A stretch of 64,000 nt of DNA from Acutalibacteraceae bacterium (GCA_045604105.1 JAZUNJ010000024.1:44956-108955); one strand, 5' to 3'. Shown: positions 1 to 9,651, counted from the first letter of the stretch. Made by a program: numbers and translations. Notes: generated from the letters alone by a model not told the origin.

Positions 1-7
1 AGCTCTT

Positions 8-1495
8 ATGTGGTGGTTCGTTTGTGACAATCTCGGCTTCCTGCCAAAGAAAACCGAAAAGAAATTTTACGGTGTTTATGTCGGCATGATGCTGTTCGGT
101 ATATCAACCATTCTGTTTGACTATTCACTTTTGTTCAACCAGTCAAGCTCATTTATTACATATCTTAACGGACTTGAGGGCATGAGTGCCACAGCCTGCT
201 TCAAAACCTTCGGTACTCACTTCCTTTACACAGGCTGGGTGGGAGCAAGAAACATTTTCTGGCGCAAGAAGCTTCTTCCGAAATACGGCAGATACAAGTA
301 TTCACTTTACTGTGACGTTGTTCCCAAGTGCATCATGGTTATCCTTATCGGCTGGCTTCCCGTTTACAACATTCCCGATGTTGCAACAAGAGTATGGGTC
401 GCAAACCTTCTGTTTGCCACATACAATGTGTTCGGCTTTGCAAATAACCTTGAAACCTGCACAAAAAGCATCAGCCCCAATCTTCAGGAAAGAATCCTTG
501 TCCGTTCCTATCCGGTTAAGATTTCCCACATTTTCCATTCAATCCTTGCAATCATTCTTCCCGCAGTCATCGGCATGCTCCGTCATGAGTGGGCAGATAT
601 CAATGTTTACAGATATGTTATTCCCGTAACCTTCATCACCTTTGCCACACTTACAATGATTTTTGCAGGCAGAATCAAGGAAAGAATTCCTCAGCCTCCC
701 ATTGAACAGAAGCCTGACATCAAGTTCTGGGACGGTATGTTCGGTGTGCTCAAGAACAAATACCTTCTTATCAATACCATTGTAGGACTTATTGACTCAC
801 TTGGTAACGGTATGCTTCCCTTTGTTACAATTCTTTATTTCTATACCTTCCGTCTCAGCGGTCTTCCCTACAGCCTTATCGTGGCACTCATTTCCTTTGC
901 GGGAACACCGCCCGATCTGCTTTCACCCTATTTCCTCAAGCGCTTCTCCTATAAGCAGATTATGGTATTCTATCAGCTTTCCCGTGCAATCGGTAACGGT
1001 ATAATTGCACTTGCCATGTGGTTCTGCGGTGATAATCTTGTGCTTTGCGGAACCATCTGTGTGGTTGTTCTGTTCTTCATGGAAATGACAAAGACCGTTC
1101 CCACAACTGCAGGTCACGATATGAACGTCCGTATCGGTGACTATCAGATGTATCTTTCAGGTGAAAGACTTGAAAGCTTTGCAGGTGTTTTCGGTTGGTT
1201 CACAGGCCCCATCACATCCTTTGTCGGTCTCATCATTCCCTTGTTCCTTCTCAAATACGGCTTCAACAGTAACTGGGAGGTTCTCTTCCTTGACGATTCA
1301 AGAAGAAACATCATTGTTATTCCCATTATTGTTGACGTAATCGGCTTCTTCCTCATGACAATTCCCTATCTGTTCTGGGATTATGACAGCAAGAAGCAGA
1401 ATCTTGTTATGGAGGTTCTCAAGCGTCGTGCTGAGGTAACAGAAAAGAAGGCAGCCGAAGCGGGTGCCTCCACCGACGGCGCATATTTAGGTTAA
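8..1495 (+). CDS. Polytopic membrane transporter, GPH/MFS-like. Paralog of 32096..34270. The true N-terminus may lie upstream of the window.
   Basis: 495-aa ORF with many hydrophobic helices and a short charged C-terminal tail. Its layout and several helix segments resemble the 724-aa ORF at 32096..34270. The frame is open to the window edge. Confidence 0.55.
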   Translation: MWWFVCDNLGFLPKKTEKKFYGVYVGMMLFGISTILFDYSLLFNQSSSFITYLNGLEGMSATACFKTFGTHFLYTGWVGARNIFWRKKLLPKYGRYKYSLYCDVVPKCIMVILIGWLPVYNIPDVATRVWVANLLFATYNVFGFANNLETCTKSISPNLQERILVRSYPVKISHIFHSILAIILPAVIGMLRHEWADINVYRYVIPVTFITFATLTMIFAGRIKERIPQPPIEQKPDIKFWDGMFGVLKNKYLLINTIVGLIDSLGNGMLPFVTILYFYTFRLSGLPYSLIVALISFAGTPPDLLSPYFLKRFSYKQIMVFYQLSRAIGNGIIALAMWFCGDNLVLCGTICVVVLFFMEMTKTVPTTAGHDMNVRIGDYQMYLSGERLESFAGVFGWFTGPITSFVGLIIPLFLLKYGFNSNWEVLFLDDSRRNIIVIPIIVDVIGFFLMTIPYLFWDYDSKKQNLVMEVLKRRAEVTEKKAAEAGASTDGAYLG

Positions 1496-1508
1496 AGGAG
1501 GCGACAGT

Positions 1509-2774
1509 ATGAGTTTATTTAAGAAAAAAGATAAATCAACGGCTTCGTTGGGTGCTGCAGATGCTCCTAATGTCGAATCCCGTGTTATAGATGCTGAGGT
1601 ACATCTGGATATTCCCGACGATGAAATCTGGACCTATCAGATTGAAGGTCTTGCCGCACCTCACATCAATAAGCCCTATAAGAACTTTACCCTTAAAAAG
1701 GTAATCTTTACCCTTGTTATTCTTGTTGCTGTTTCACTTTCCTGCTATTTCAGTGTAAGAACTGTTCAGAGTGATACATTTGAATACAAGGCAGTTGACG
1801 GTGGCTATTCACTTTCAAAATTCGGTAACACAGGCTATATAACAGAGCTTACAATCGACTATGTTTCCGACATCGAATACGACCGCACCAATGAAGATGT
1901 AACCTCCAATTTTGAAATTGTGAAGGATAAAAGTAAAAAGGTTGTCGCTGTCGGTAAATATGCACTTAACTGTGACGGCACCGTAAAGGTAATAAACATC
2001 GGTGCAGAGGTTGAATCAATTGATCCCAAGGCATTTTATTCCTGCTGGGCACTTCAGAGAATTGAGGTTGACGAAAACAACCCGAATTACTGTGATATTG
2101 ACGGTGTTCTTTACAATAAGGATAAAACAGAGCTTATCAATTATCCCTGTAATCATGACCAGTATCTCAGAGAAAAGCACGGCTATGAGGCAGAGCCCTA
2201 CAGAGCAGATGCAGATGAAAAGTACATAAAGGAAATTCAGACCTATGTTGTACCTTCAACTGTTAAGAAAATCGGTCAGCTCGCATTGGCATACACAAAC
2301 CTCAGAGTTCTCTATCTTCCCGAAGGACTTGAGACGGTTGAAACACTGGGTGTGTTCAAGCTTCATGAGCCAAAGGATCAGTACAGTAACACTCCGTCAC
2401 TTGAAAACATTTATACCTATAAGCCTGAAGCAGAAATTTCAGAGACTTCCTTCACTTCACAGAAAGCTCTCGGCGAAATCTACAATTCTCTTCCTGACTC
2501 ACTTCAGTATATCGGCTCTGATGCATTCAGCTATAATCAGGTGCTCGGCTATATGTATATTCCCGAAAGTGTTACCTATATCGGCCACCATGCCTTCTGG
2601 GACACTGTTTATAAAGAAAACGGTGAGCTTGTGGGCGTAACACAGATTAATGTTCAGGCAGATAAGGACACCTTCTCCTCCAATGTTAAAACAGGCGACC
2701 AGTGGCGTCCCCAGTATGACTACATGCTTTTCAAAAAGAGTGTAGACATTGCATATTCAGCTGAAAGACAGTAA
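1509..2774 (+). CDS. Membrane-anchored BspA-type leucine-rich-repeat (LRR_5-like) surface protein
   Basis: RBS aaaggagg sits 7 nt upstream of the ATG. An N-terminal TM helix is present (VIFTLVILVAVSLSCYF). Repeated units match the BspA-like LRR pattern (I..G.....I...AF..C..L..I; VDENNPNYCDIDGVLYNKDKTELINYP). Confidence 0.75.
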   Translation: MSLFKKKDKSTASLGAADAPNVESRVIDAEVHLDIPDDEIWTYQIEGLAAPHINKPYKNFTLKKVIFTLVILVAVSLSCYFSVRTVQSDTFEYKAVDGGYSLSKFGNTGYITELTIDYVSDIEYDRTNEDVTSNFEIVKDKSKKVVAVGKYALNCDGTVKVINIGAEVESIDPKAFYSCWALQRIEVDENNPNYCDIDGVLYNKDKTELINYPCNHDQYLREKHGYEAEPYRADADEKYIKEIQTYVVPSTVKKIGQLALAYTNLRVLYLPEGLETVETLGVFKLHEPKDQYSNTPSLENIYTYKPEAEISETSFTSQKALGEIYNSLPDSLQYIGSDAFSYNQVLGYMYIPESVTYIGHHAFWDTVYKENGELVGVTQINVQADKDTFSSNVKTGDQWRPQYDYMLFKKSVDIAYSAERQ

Positions 2775-2781
2775 AGCAGCA

Positions 2782-2825
2782 AAAATCCGTGGATCGGTTA
2801 TTCCCGTCCACGGATTTGTTTTATT
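2782..2825. terminator. Bidirectional intrinsic terminator between convergent LRR and TIR genes
   Basis: Stem aatccgtgga/tccacggatt, flanked by an A-run and a T-run. Confidence 0.65.
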
Positions 2826-5800
2826 TTTCATTTTCAATACCGAATGCCCATTTCTGAAGGAAGGGGATACGGTTAAGAATCAGTGAGCGTTTGCAGTACC
2901 TGACCAGCTCCTTGAGCTGCTCATTGTCAGGCATTAAGCGCAAGAGCTCTTTTGCATCAGAAAGAGCCTCTTTAAGTATATCCTTGCTTTGAAGAATTAT
3001 GCCAAGAGTTATTTTTGCCTGAACCAAGCTGTTTCTTTCTGCAACTGTAAAATTATAATCTTCAGGGATAGTCTCTTTTATTTCAAAGATTTTTTCAAGA
3101 ATCTCCCTTGCCGAATCCGCTTTTTCAGAATAAAGATAGGAATTAGCCAGAGTAATCATGGTTCTTACCACGGAAGCCTTATCTCCGATATATCTGCTTT
3201 CTGCGTAAACATTTTCATAAAGCTCTTTTGCTGTAAGTGAAAGCTGAATTGCTTTTTCATAGTTTTCATCGGCAAAGCAAATCAGTGCAAGCTTGAGGTA
3301 GCATTCACTGTATATCCGTTTGTGAGCAGGTGATTGAGTTTTCTCGATAAGCCCTTTGAGCATATCTATAGACTTAAGGAACAACTGCTCTGCACGAACG
3401 GTATCATCCCGCATTAAATGCATAAAGCCAAGGTTATGACAAATGATTGCACGGATAAACTGAACTTCAATATTAGTGCTGTCAGAAGCCATGGCTTCTG
3501 ATATGCTGAATGCTTTTTCATACATCTCAAGAGAGCCGTCGGTATTACCCTCAGCCTCAAATATTCTTGCCATTGAGTTGTAGCTGATAATCAGATTATC
3601 CTTACCTCTGAAGCCTTCCGAGGTTTCCGCATAGGCTTCTGTAATCTTCAGTGCCTTTTCACAATACGGGCGAGCCTTAGCAATTTCACCTATGTTTATA
3701 AGCATCTCGCCAAGCTTACTGAGAACAGATGATGTTGTAAGGGAATAATCCTTGTTTTTATAATCTTCAAGCAGCTTCAAGGCCTTCAGATACATCTGTT
3801 CGGCCTTTTCCTGGTCATTAAGAAGAATATACATGTCTCCGAGATCGCCGTAAATATTGGCAGCCTCTGTTACTAAAGAGGGCAACTCAGTTTCTTCAAT
3901 AAGCTCGTTTGTGATTTTCAGGGCTTTCAGTGCTTCTGCTTCAGCTTCATAAAAATTGCTCTGATGTGCAAAGGTCTGATAAAGCTTTTTATGGGTGAAA
4001 AATATATTTATTTTGGTTTCAATTGCAGAGTCCTCACTGTAAAGCTTTGTAAGGATAGAAAGAGCCTTGCTGTGACATTCTTCAGCTTTTGAAAAATCAC
4101 CAACATAAGTATAATTTTCACCAAGATTATTAAGTGACCTGCAAAGCATATTTTTCGATTTTGAATCCGGAAAAATTTTCACAGCCTTCTCATCATTTTC
4201 CACTGCCTTGAGATACATCTGCTCTGCCTCATCAAGTCGGTTTATTCCAAACAAGCCGTCACCCATGGTATTATATGACAGGGAAAGAAAATTCATTGCT
4301 GTGAAATCCATTTTAATGCTTATCAGTTCAAGTGCAAGGTCAATTGCTTTTTGGCACATTTCTTCTGCTTTGCTGTTTTTATTTTGCATGAAAAGTGTGT
4401 ATGCAAGGTTGGAATATCCTGCACAAAGGTCACACTTTTCATCATATGAGTCACTTTCCTTGACTGTTTCTTCAAGAACCTCAATTGTTTTTTCATACAA
4501 CCTTGCGGCAAGCTCATTTTCTTCTGTTGCACGGTATGCATTTCCCAGATTGTTGCTTGCTGCAGCAAGAAAGTACAAGGCCTCGTCACGAAGATATTTA
4601 TTGCTGCTATATAACTCTTCACAAAAATCATGAAGCTCGGAATAGATTTTTATGGCAGAGCTTGATTTGAACATTTCATAGTGATAGTCACCGAGACGTA
4701 ACAGAGCAACGCACAACGACATAGTATTCATATAATTCTGAGATTCTTTCCAACGTGCCTTGAAAACAGCCACCAGCTTTTCCTGCCATTCAATCGCAGT
4801 GTCGTAGTTTCTTTCAACGCCTTCACCGTTTCGATACATGAAAACAAGCTTTTCCAAGGCTTCGGGAAGGTTATCATTGGCGGCAGAGGTGATAAGCTTC
4901 ACAGCTCTTTCGTGGTTAACCTCAACATCAATACCGGAAAGATATGCAAGACCGATGAAGAAGTTATGCTCGGGGTCACCGTCATTTTCTCTCAGGGCAA
5001 TGCTTTTGAGAGAATTAAGCAGTGCCTGTGAAAGCTCGCCCTCGTTATGAGCGTCTGCACAGTCAGGTATATCCTTGTACTTTTCTTTAAGTGCGTTTTT
5101 ATCTGTTGAAACAATTTCAGCAGGCAGAATGGTTTTTCCCGCTTTCCTTGCCATGGGATACTCGACATTCATAACATAGTTTTCTTCATTCACGATGTTA
5201 GGTGTTACTGCAAGGGCAAAAAGCTCACTCTTTTTCAGCGCTTCTTCAATTGAATCATTGAAGTTTTCACCGGGAGTGAGGAATTCGTCATACCAGATTG
5301 CAATATCACGGCAGAAGTCGTTTCTGTGAATAAGCCGCATGAGCTCCTGGGCATATATTCTGTCTTTTTTACGGTAGCTCAGGAAAATATAGGCGTCAAA
5401 GGCAGCTCTTACCTTAGAAGCAAGCTCGTCACCGATAAGAACGGAGCTGAGGTATGATTCCAGCTTCTTTTCATAGCTTATGGAAGTGGAATCTCTGCTG
5501 ACTCTGTTAAGATATTGAAGTGAACCTATTTTCTGTTTGAAAAGCTCTTCCAGTCCGTTTTCCTGCATAATAGGCAGAACCGGAATGTGTTTTTCTTCTG
5601 CAAAGCAGAATTCAAGGCTTAAAGCCTTGCTTTCAGTTGTGAGAAGCTTTGTTGTAACAGGCATAACAAAAAGCTGCATTTCACCAAGATATGAAAGCCA
5701 ATCCTCTTTATCCGTTTTACCGTATGGCTCACTGTCATAGTAAAATGCACAATCCTGCTTAAACATTATTTCATCAGAAATATCCTCAAAAAATCTGTTA

Positions 5801-5886
5801 AAATCATCGGGGTGGCAGCAAAAATAAACCTTGGGCTTACCCTGTGGATTTGAACCGCCTTTTGTTTTACAGCTAAGACTTGGCAT
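2821..5886 (-). CDS. Tandem TIR-domain protein with Sel1-like and long TPR repeat region (1021 aa)
   Basis: I chose the ATG at 5886 because AAGGAG lies 8 nt upstream; the GTG at 5895 lies inside that RBS. TIR-like domain 1 is KVYFCCHPDD...MQLFVMPVT...LEFCFAEEKHIPVLPI. TIR domain 2 is YIFLSYRKKDRIYA...IAIWYDEFLTPGENFNDSIEEALKKSELFALAVTPN...NVEYPMARKAGKTILP. A Sel1-like unit follows (FFIGLAYLSGIDVEVNHERAVKL...MYRNGEGVERNYDTAIEW). The remaining ~650 aa are TPR-like helical repeats. Confidence 0.75.
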   Translation of the reverse strand: MPSLSCKTKGGSNPQGKPKVYFCCHPDDFNRFFEDISDEIMFKQDCAFYYDSEPYGKTDKEDWLSYLGEMQLFVMPVTTKLLTTESKALSLEFCFAEEKHIPVLPIMQENGLEELFKQKIGSLQYLNRVSRDSTSISYEKKLESYLSSVLIGDELASKVRAAFDAYIFLSYRKKDRIYAQELMRLIHRNDFCRDIAIWYDEFLTPGENFNDSIEEALKKSELFALAVTPNIVNEENYVMNVEYPMARKAGKTILPAEIVSTDKNALKEKYKDIPDCADAHNEGELSQALLNSLKSIALRENDGDPEHNFFIGLAYLSGIDVEVNHERAVKLITSAANDNLPEALEKLVFMYRNGEGVERNYDTAIEWQEKLVAVFKARWKESQNYMNTMSLCVALLRLGDYHYEMFKSSSAIKIYSELHDFCEELYSSNKYLRDEALYFLAAASNNLGNAYRATEENELAARLYEKTIEVLEETVKESDSYDEKCDLCAGYSNLAYTLFMQNKNSKAEEMCQKAIDLALELISIKMDFTAMNFLSLSYNTMGDGLFGINRLDEAEQMYLKAVENDEKAVKIFPDSKSKNMLCRSLNNLGENYTYVGDFSKAEECHSKALSILTKLYSEDSAIETKINIFFTHKKLYQTFAHQSNFYEAEAEALKALKITNELIEETELPSLVTEAANIYGDLGDMYILLNDQEKAEQMYLKALKLLEDYKNKDYSLTTSSVLSKLGEMLINIGEIAKARPYCEKALKITEAYAETSEGFRGKDNLIISYNSMARIFEAEGNTDGSLEMYEKAFSISEAMASDSTNIEVQFIRAIICHNLGFMHLMRDDTVRAEQLFLKSIDMLKGLIEKTQSPAHKRIYSECYLKLALICFADENYEKAIQLSLTAKELYENVYAESRYIGDKASVVRTMITLANSYLYSEKADSAREILEKIFEIKETIPEDYNFTVAERNSLVQAKITLGIILQSKDILKEALSDAKELLRLMPDNEQLKELVRYCKRSLILNRIPFLQKWAFGIENEK

Positions 5887-6080
5887 TGACCTCACTCCTT
5901 GTGTGTAATGTGATAAAATTATATCATTGTTTGCTTTTGTTTACAATATAAAAAACAGCTCTATCGGAACAGAAAAGTGAGAAAAGGGCATCTTTTTGTA
6001 AAATAAAGTGTGAAATCCACTATGCCAAATGCGGCATTTTGTGGTACAATTAAAAAAACAGCAAAAAGGAAGGAAAAAGC

Positions 6081-7325
6081 ATGACAGTTGTTGAGTTTTA
6101 TGACAGAGATTCTGCTCAGAATATAGTCGGTGCTCTGCTTCAGGAGCCTGACAGGGTAGTATTTCTCGGTGACAGTGAAAAGCAGATGAAAAAGAGCGTT
6201 GAGATATACCGTGAAATCACTTCATCGAGATATCTTGATATTGAATTTGTTATAAAGAAAACTGCGAAAAATGACCTTCTTAAAATCCGTGACACTCTTG
6301 CGGAAATTGTCGAAGAGTATGACGACTGTATTTTTGACCTTGGCGGCGGTGAAGACCTTTTTCTTGTTGCCGCAGGAATGGTGTATGAGCAGTATAAGGA
6401 CAGAATACAGCTTCAGAAGTTCAATGTTCTCAGCAGTGTTCTTGCCGACTGTGACGATGGCAGCAGCAGGAACGTGTCAGATATGGTAAGGCTTACCGTT
6501 GAAGAAAACATCAGGCTTTACGGTGGAAAGATACTCTACGGTGATAAAAGAGAGGGCGGCACCTTCGATTGGGACATTGATGAGGAGTTTGCAGACGATA
6601 TTTTTGTCATGTGGTCTGTGTGCAGGGCTGACCCCACTAAATGGAACAGACACACCCATGCAATGGGACTTATGGATAATCTTTTCCGCAAGCCCGGTAC
6701 TCTCGAAATGAAGGTAAACCCTGAGGAAGCTGAAAAAAGGCTCAGTGAAAAAGGGGATAGCTACTGCTTTTTCAAGGATCTGATGTCAACCTTAGGCAAA
6801 TACGGACTTATTAAAAACCTTGTATATAAGAACGATGGCTTTTCTTTTTCATACAAAAATGAAAAAGTGAGAAAATGCCTCACAAAAGCAGGGCAGATAC
6901 TTGAGCTTTATGTTACAGTAAAGGCTCTCGGTCTTTGTGATAATGACGGTGAGCCCTATTATAACGATGTTATGACAGGTGTGTTCATCGACTGGGATGC
7001 AAAGGAACCGGGAGAGGATGAGGCCAACATTGCAAATGAAATTGACATCATTCTTATGAAGGATATGGTGCCTGTTTTTATCTCCTGCAAAAACGGTGCA
7101 GTGAGTGTGGATGAGCTTTATAAGCTGTCATCTGTTGCAAAAAAATTCGGCGGCAATCACGCCAAAAGAGTTCTTGTTGCAACGAACCTTGACAAAATGG
7201 GCAGCACGGCAAAATATATCAGAGCCCGTGCAAGGGATATGAAAATCAGAGTTATCGAGAATGTACATAAGCAGTCCGAAGCTGAAATAGAAAGAGCCGT
7301 CAAGTCTCTTTACCACGGAATGTAA
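6081..7325 (+). CDS. Card1/Can2-like (DUF1887-type) protein: N-terminal CARF-like Rossmann domain plus C-terminal PD-(D/E)xK nuclease fold
   Basis: RBS aaggaagga precedes the start. The N-terminus has a beta-alpha-beta pattern (RVVFLGDSEK ... CIFDLGGGEDLFLVAAG). The C-terminus reads GQILELYV...NEIDIILMKDMVPVFISCKNG...AKRVLVAT, matching the restriction-endonuclease-like core (E...ExD...x-C-K). Assignment is from remembered family motifs, not a search. Confidence 0.5.
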   Translation: MTVVEFYDRDSAQNIVGALLQEPDRVVFLGDSEKQMKKSVEIYREITSSRYLDIEFVIKKTAKNDLLKIRDTLAEIVEEYDDCIFDLGGGEDLFLVAAGMVYEQYKDRIQLQKFNVLSSVLADCDDGSSRNVSDMVRLTVEENIRLYGGKILYGDKREGGTFDWDIDEEFADDIFVMWSVCRADPTKWNRHTHAMGLMDNLFRKPGTLEMKVNPEEAEKRLSEKGDSYCFFKDLMSTLGKYGLIKNLVYKNDGFSFSYKNEKVRKCLTKAGQILELYVTVKALGLCDNDGEPYYNDVMTGVFIDWDAKEPGEDEANIANEIDIILMKDMVPVFISCKNGAVSVDELYKLSSVAKKFGGNHAKRVLVATNLDKMGSTAKYIRARARDMKIRVIENVHKQSEAEIERAVKSLYHGM

Positions 7326-7330
7326 AATCA

Positions 7331-7368
7331 AAAAAGCTGTAAAAACGAAAGTTTTTACAGCTTTTTTA
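7331..7368. terminator. Bidirectional intrinsic terminator (Card1-like gene / GH2 gene)
   Basis: aaaaagctgtaaaaac-gaaa-gtttttacagctttttt. 12-bp stem. Confidence 0.75.
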
Positions 7369-7377
7369 TATCTGCTT

Positions 7378-9618
7378 TTATTCAGGCTTTTTAATCTTGT
7401 TAAGCATTTCGTTAAGACCTAAAAGCTGTTCCTTTGTCAGCTTGAGACCGGTCATGCCAAGAAGAGATGTAAGACGGATAACAGTGAAGCCGCCCATCAT
7501 CTGCATCATGCCCTCGTTCATTTCAAAGCCCATAACATCTGTGCCTGCACCGATGCCTGCCTGTGCCATCATACCCTGGAAGAGTGCTGCACCCTCCTGA
7601 GTTCTGAGAACATCACTCATTTTATCGTTGAGTGAAAGATAGCCCTCAACCTCAGTAATGTCAAACCAGTTAAGAATTGCGCCCTTTTCCTTGAGTCTGT
7701 AGCTTTCGTTGAAGGTGTCAACCTTTCTGATAAGGCTTTCGTCGGTAAAGTCGCCTGCCTTAGCAGTGAGAACAGTTTCGCCCTCGTTGGGAACATCAAA
7801 ATAGAAGAAGTGAACATCAGATGTTTTTTTGCCAAGGCTCTTGCCGTTTGCAAAAAGCTCAACCTCGGGAAGGTTGGAGTAAACTGTAACCTTTGTTACA
7901 TCCTCAACTCTGTCAACATATCTTTTGCCGCAGATGTGAACAAACTTTTTGTCGCTGAGCCATGCCTTGTAAGCATAGAAGGAATCCTTCTTGTACTTTC
8001 TGTCGAAGGTAACAAGACCCTTGTGGTTCTGACCGTTTTCGCCGCCCTCGTTTCTTGCATCTGCGCCGAAGTCAAACATGTTCCACACATGAGTTGCCCA
8101 CATGTATTTTCTTGTAAAGAGCTGCTTGATAAGCTCTTCGTGGTAGTATGCCTGGTATTCCTCGGTATAGTCGCCCTGAGTGGGATTTGATGTGTGCCAG
8201 TCAAGGGCTTCACAGCCGTATTCACTGCAACCGATGGGAATATTTGGGAAGGTCTTGTGGAAGTTGTCAAACCAGGGACCGTTCATGCTTGTGTCGCCGC
8301 CGTACCAGCCGAAGTAGTGGTTGTAGGAAACGGTGTCGGGAATCTGAACATAGGGATCGTTGATGTCGCACATTGAAACACAAGCCATTGTTGTAAGTCT
8401 TGTTTTGTCCATTTCGTGGCAGAGATCGTTAAGAATGTTGTGGTTTTCAAGAAGATCCTCATCGGTGCCGTTCATTGAAATTTCGTTTGAAAGGCCCCAA
8501 ACAACAATTGAAGGATGGTTATAATTCTGAGTGATAAGCTCCTTCATCTGTGAAATTGTGTTTTCACGTCCGCCGGGCATGTGCTTTGAAATATAGGGAA
8601 TTTCAGCCCAGATTACCATACCTCTTTCATCGCAGAGGTCATAGAAATACTGATCATGCTGATAATGTGCAAGACGGATTGTTGTTGCACCAACCTCGCA
8701 GATAAGGTCCATATCCTCTTCGTGATGCTCGGGAAGAAGAGCATTACCGAAGCCCCAACGGTCCTGATGGCGTGAAACGCCGCGAAGGGGATATTCCTCG
8801 CCGTTGAGAATGAAGCCTCTGTCAGGGTCAATTTCGAAGCTTCTGCAGCCAAAGCGTGCTGAAACGTTGTCAAGTACATTTTCTCCGTCAAGAAGCTCAA
8901 TCACTGCAGTGTAAAGATAGGGATTCTTTTTGCCGTGCCAGAGGTGAACATTTTCAATATCGAAAGCTGCTTTCCTTTCACAGCATACACACTGTGACTT
9001 TTCTGCAACAACATTGCCTTCTGCATCTAGAAGCTTAAAGCGCAGAGTCTGTCCTTCCTTTACATTTGTGAGGAATGCTTCAATTTCAACCTTTGCATTT
9101 TTTCCGTCAACAGTGGGGGTAACAGCAAGACCGGGGCCGCCGTAGTAGTCGAGGTCAAAGTGGCTTTCTGAAACGCAGATGAGGTTTATGTCTCTGTAAA
9201 GACCGCCGTAGAAGGTGAAGTCTGCCATCTGGGGATAAACTGTTTCGTTTGCACTGTTGTCAACGGTGATTGCAACCATTGTAGAAACGCCGATTTCCTC
9301 TGTTATGTCAACTCTCCATGTGGAATAGCCGCCGTCATGGTGAGCAAGCTTTTTGCCGTTCAGATAAACATCTGCAGAAGAGTTTGCACCCTTAATTTCA
9401 AGGTAATATCTTTCTGAAACGGGAAGGTCCTCTTTTTTGATTTCCTTCATGTAAAGGCATGTGCCTCTGTAATAGTCGTTGTCACCGTCCTGACCGTCAA
9501 TCGCATTCCATGAATGGGGAAGATTAACGAAATTCCACTTGCTGTCAATTGCAGCGGGGATTTCACTGAAATCCTTGGTGAAGGACCATTTGCGGTTAAG
9601 ATTAATAATCTGTCTCAT
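7378..9618 (-). CDS. Glycoside hydrolase family 2 (beta-galactosidase/beta-glucuronidase-like)
   Basis: The N-terminus is GH2-like (WSF...NLPHSWN...YYRGTCLY). The acid/base motif is NHPSIVVWGLSNE and the nucleophile region is IGCSEYGCEA. RBS aaggag is present. Confidence 0.85.
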   Translation of the reverse strand: MRQIINLNRKWSFTKDFSEIPAAIDSKWNFVNLPHSWNAIDGQDGDNDYYRGTCLYMKEIKKEDLPVSERYYLEIKGANSSADVYLNGKKLAHHDGGYSTWRVDITEEIGVSTMVAITVDNSANETVYPQMADFTFYGGLYRDINLICVSESHFDLDYYGGPGLAVTPTVDGKNAKVEIEAFLTNVKEGQTLRFKLLDAEGNVVAEKSQCVCCERKAAFDIENVHLWHGKKNPYLYTAVIELLDGENVLDNVSARFGCRSFEIDPDRGFILNGEEYPLRGVSRHQDRWGFGNALLPEHHEEDMDLICEVGATTIRLAHYQHDQYFYDLCDERGMVIWAEIPYISKHMPGGRENTISQMKELITQNYNHPSIVVWGLSNEISMNGTDEDLLENHNILNDLCHEMDKTRLTTMACVSMCDINDPYVQIPDTVSYNHYFGWYGGDTSMNGPWFDNFHKTFPNIPIGCSEYGCEALDWHTSNPTQGDYTEEYQAYYHEELIKQLFTRKYMWATHVWNMFDFGADARNEGGENGQNHKGLVTFDRKYKKDSFYAYKAWLSDKKFVHICGKRYVDRVEDVTKVTVYSNLPEVELFANGKSLGKKTSDVHFFYFDVPNEGETVLTAKAGDFTDESLIRKVDTFNESYRLKEKGAILNWFDITEVEGYLSLNDKMSDVLRTQEGAALFQGMMAQAGIGAGTDVMGFEMNEGMMQMMGGFTVIRLTSLLGMTGLKLTKEQLLGLNEMLNKIKKPE

Positions 9619-9651
9619 AATAAACTCCTTAAGTTATTTTCTTATATGAAA

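Noticed and set aside
186-629. 147-aa alternative-frame ORF inside the first transporter gene
   Set aside because: It is a same-strand frame shadow. The main frame encodes coherent TM helices, while the alternative is Ser/Pro/Phe-rich with no RBS.
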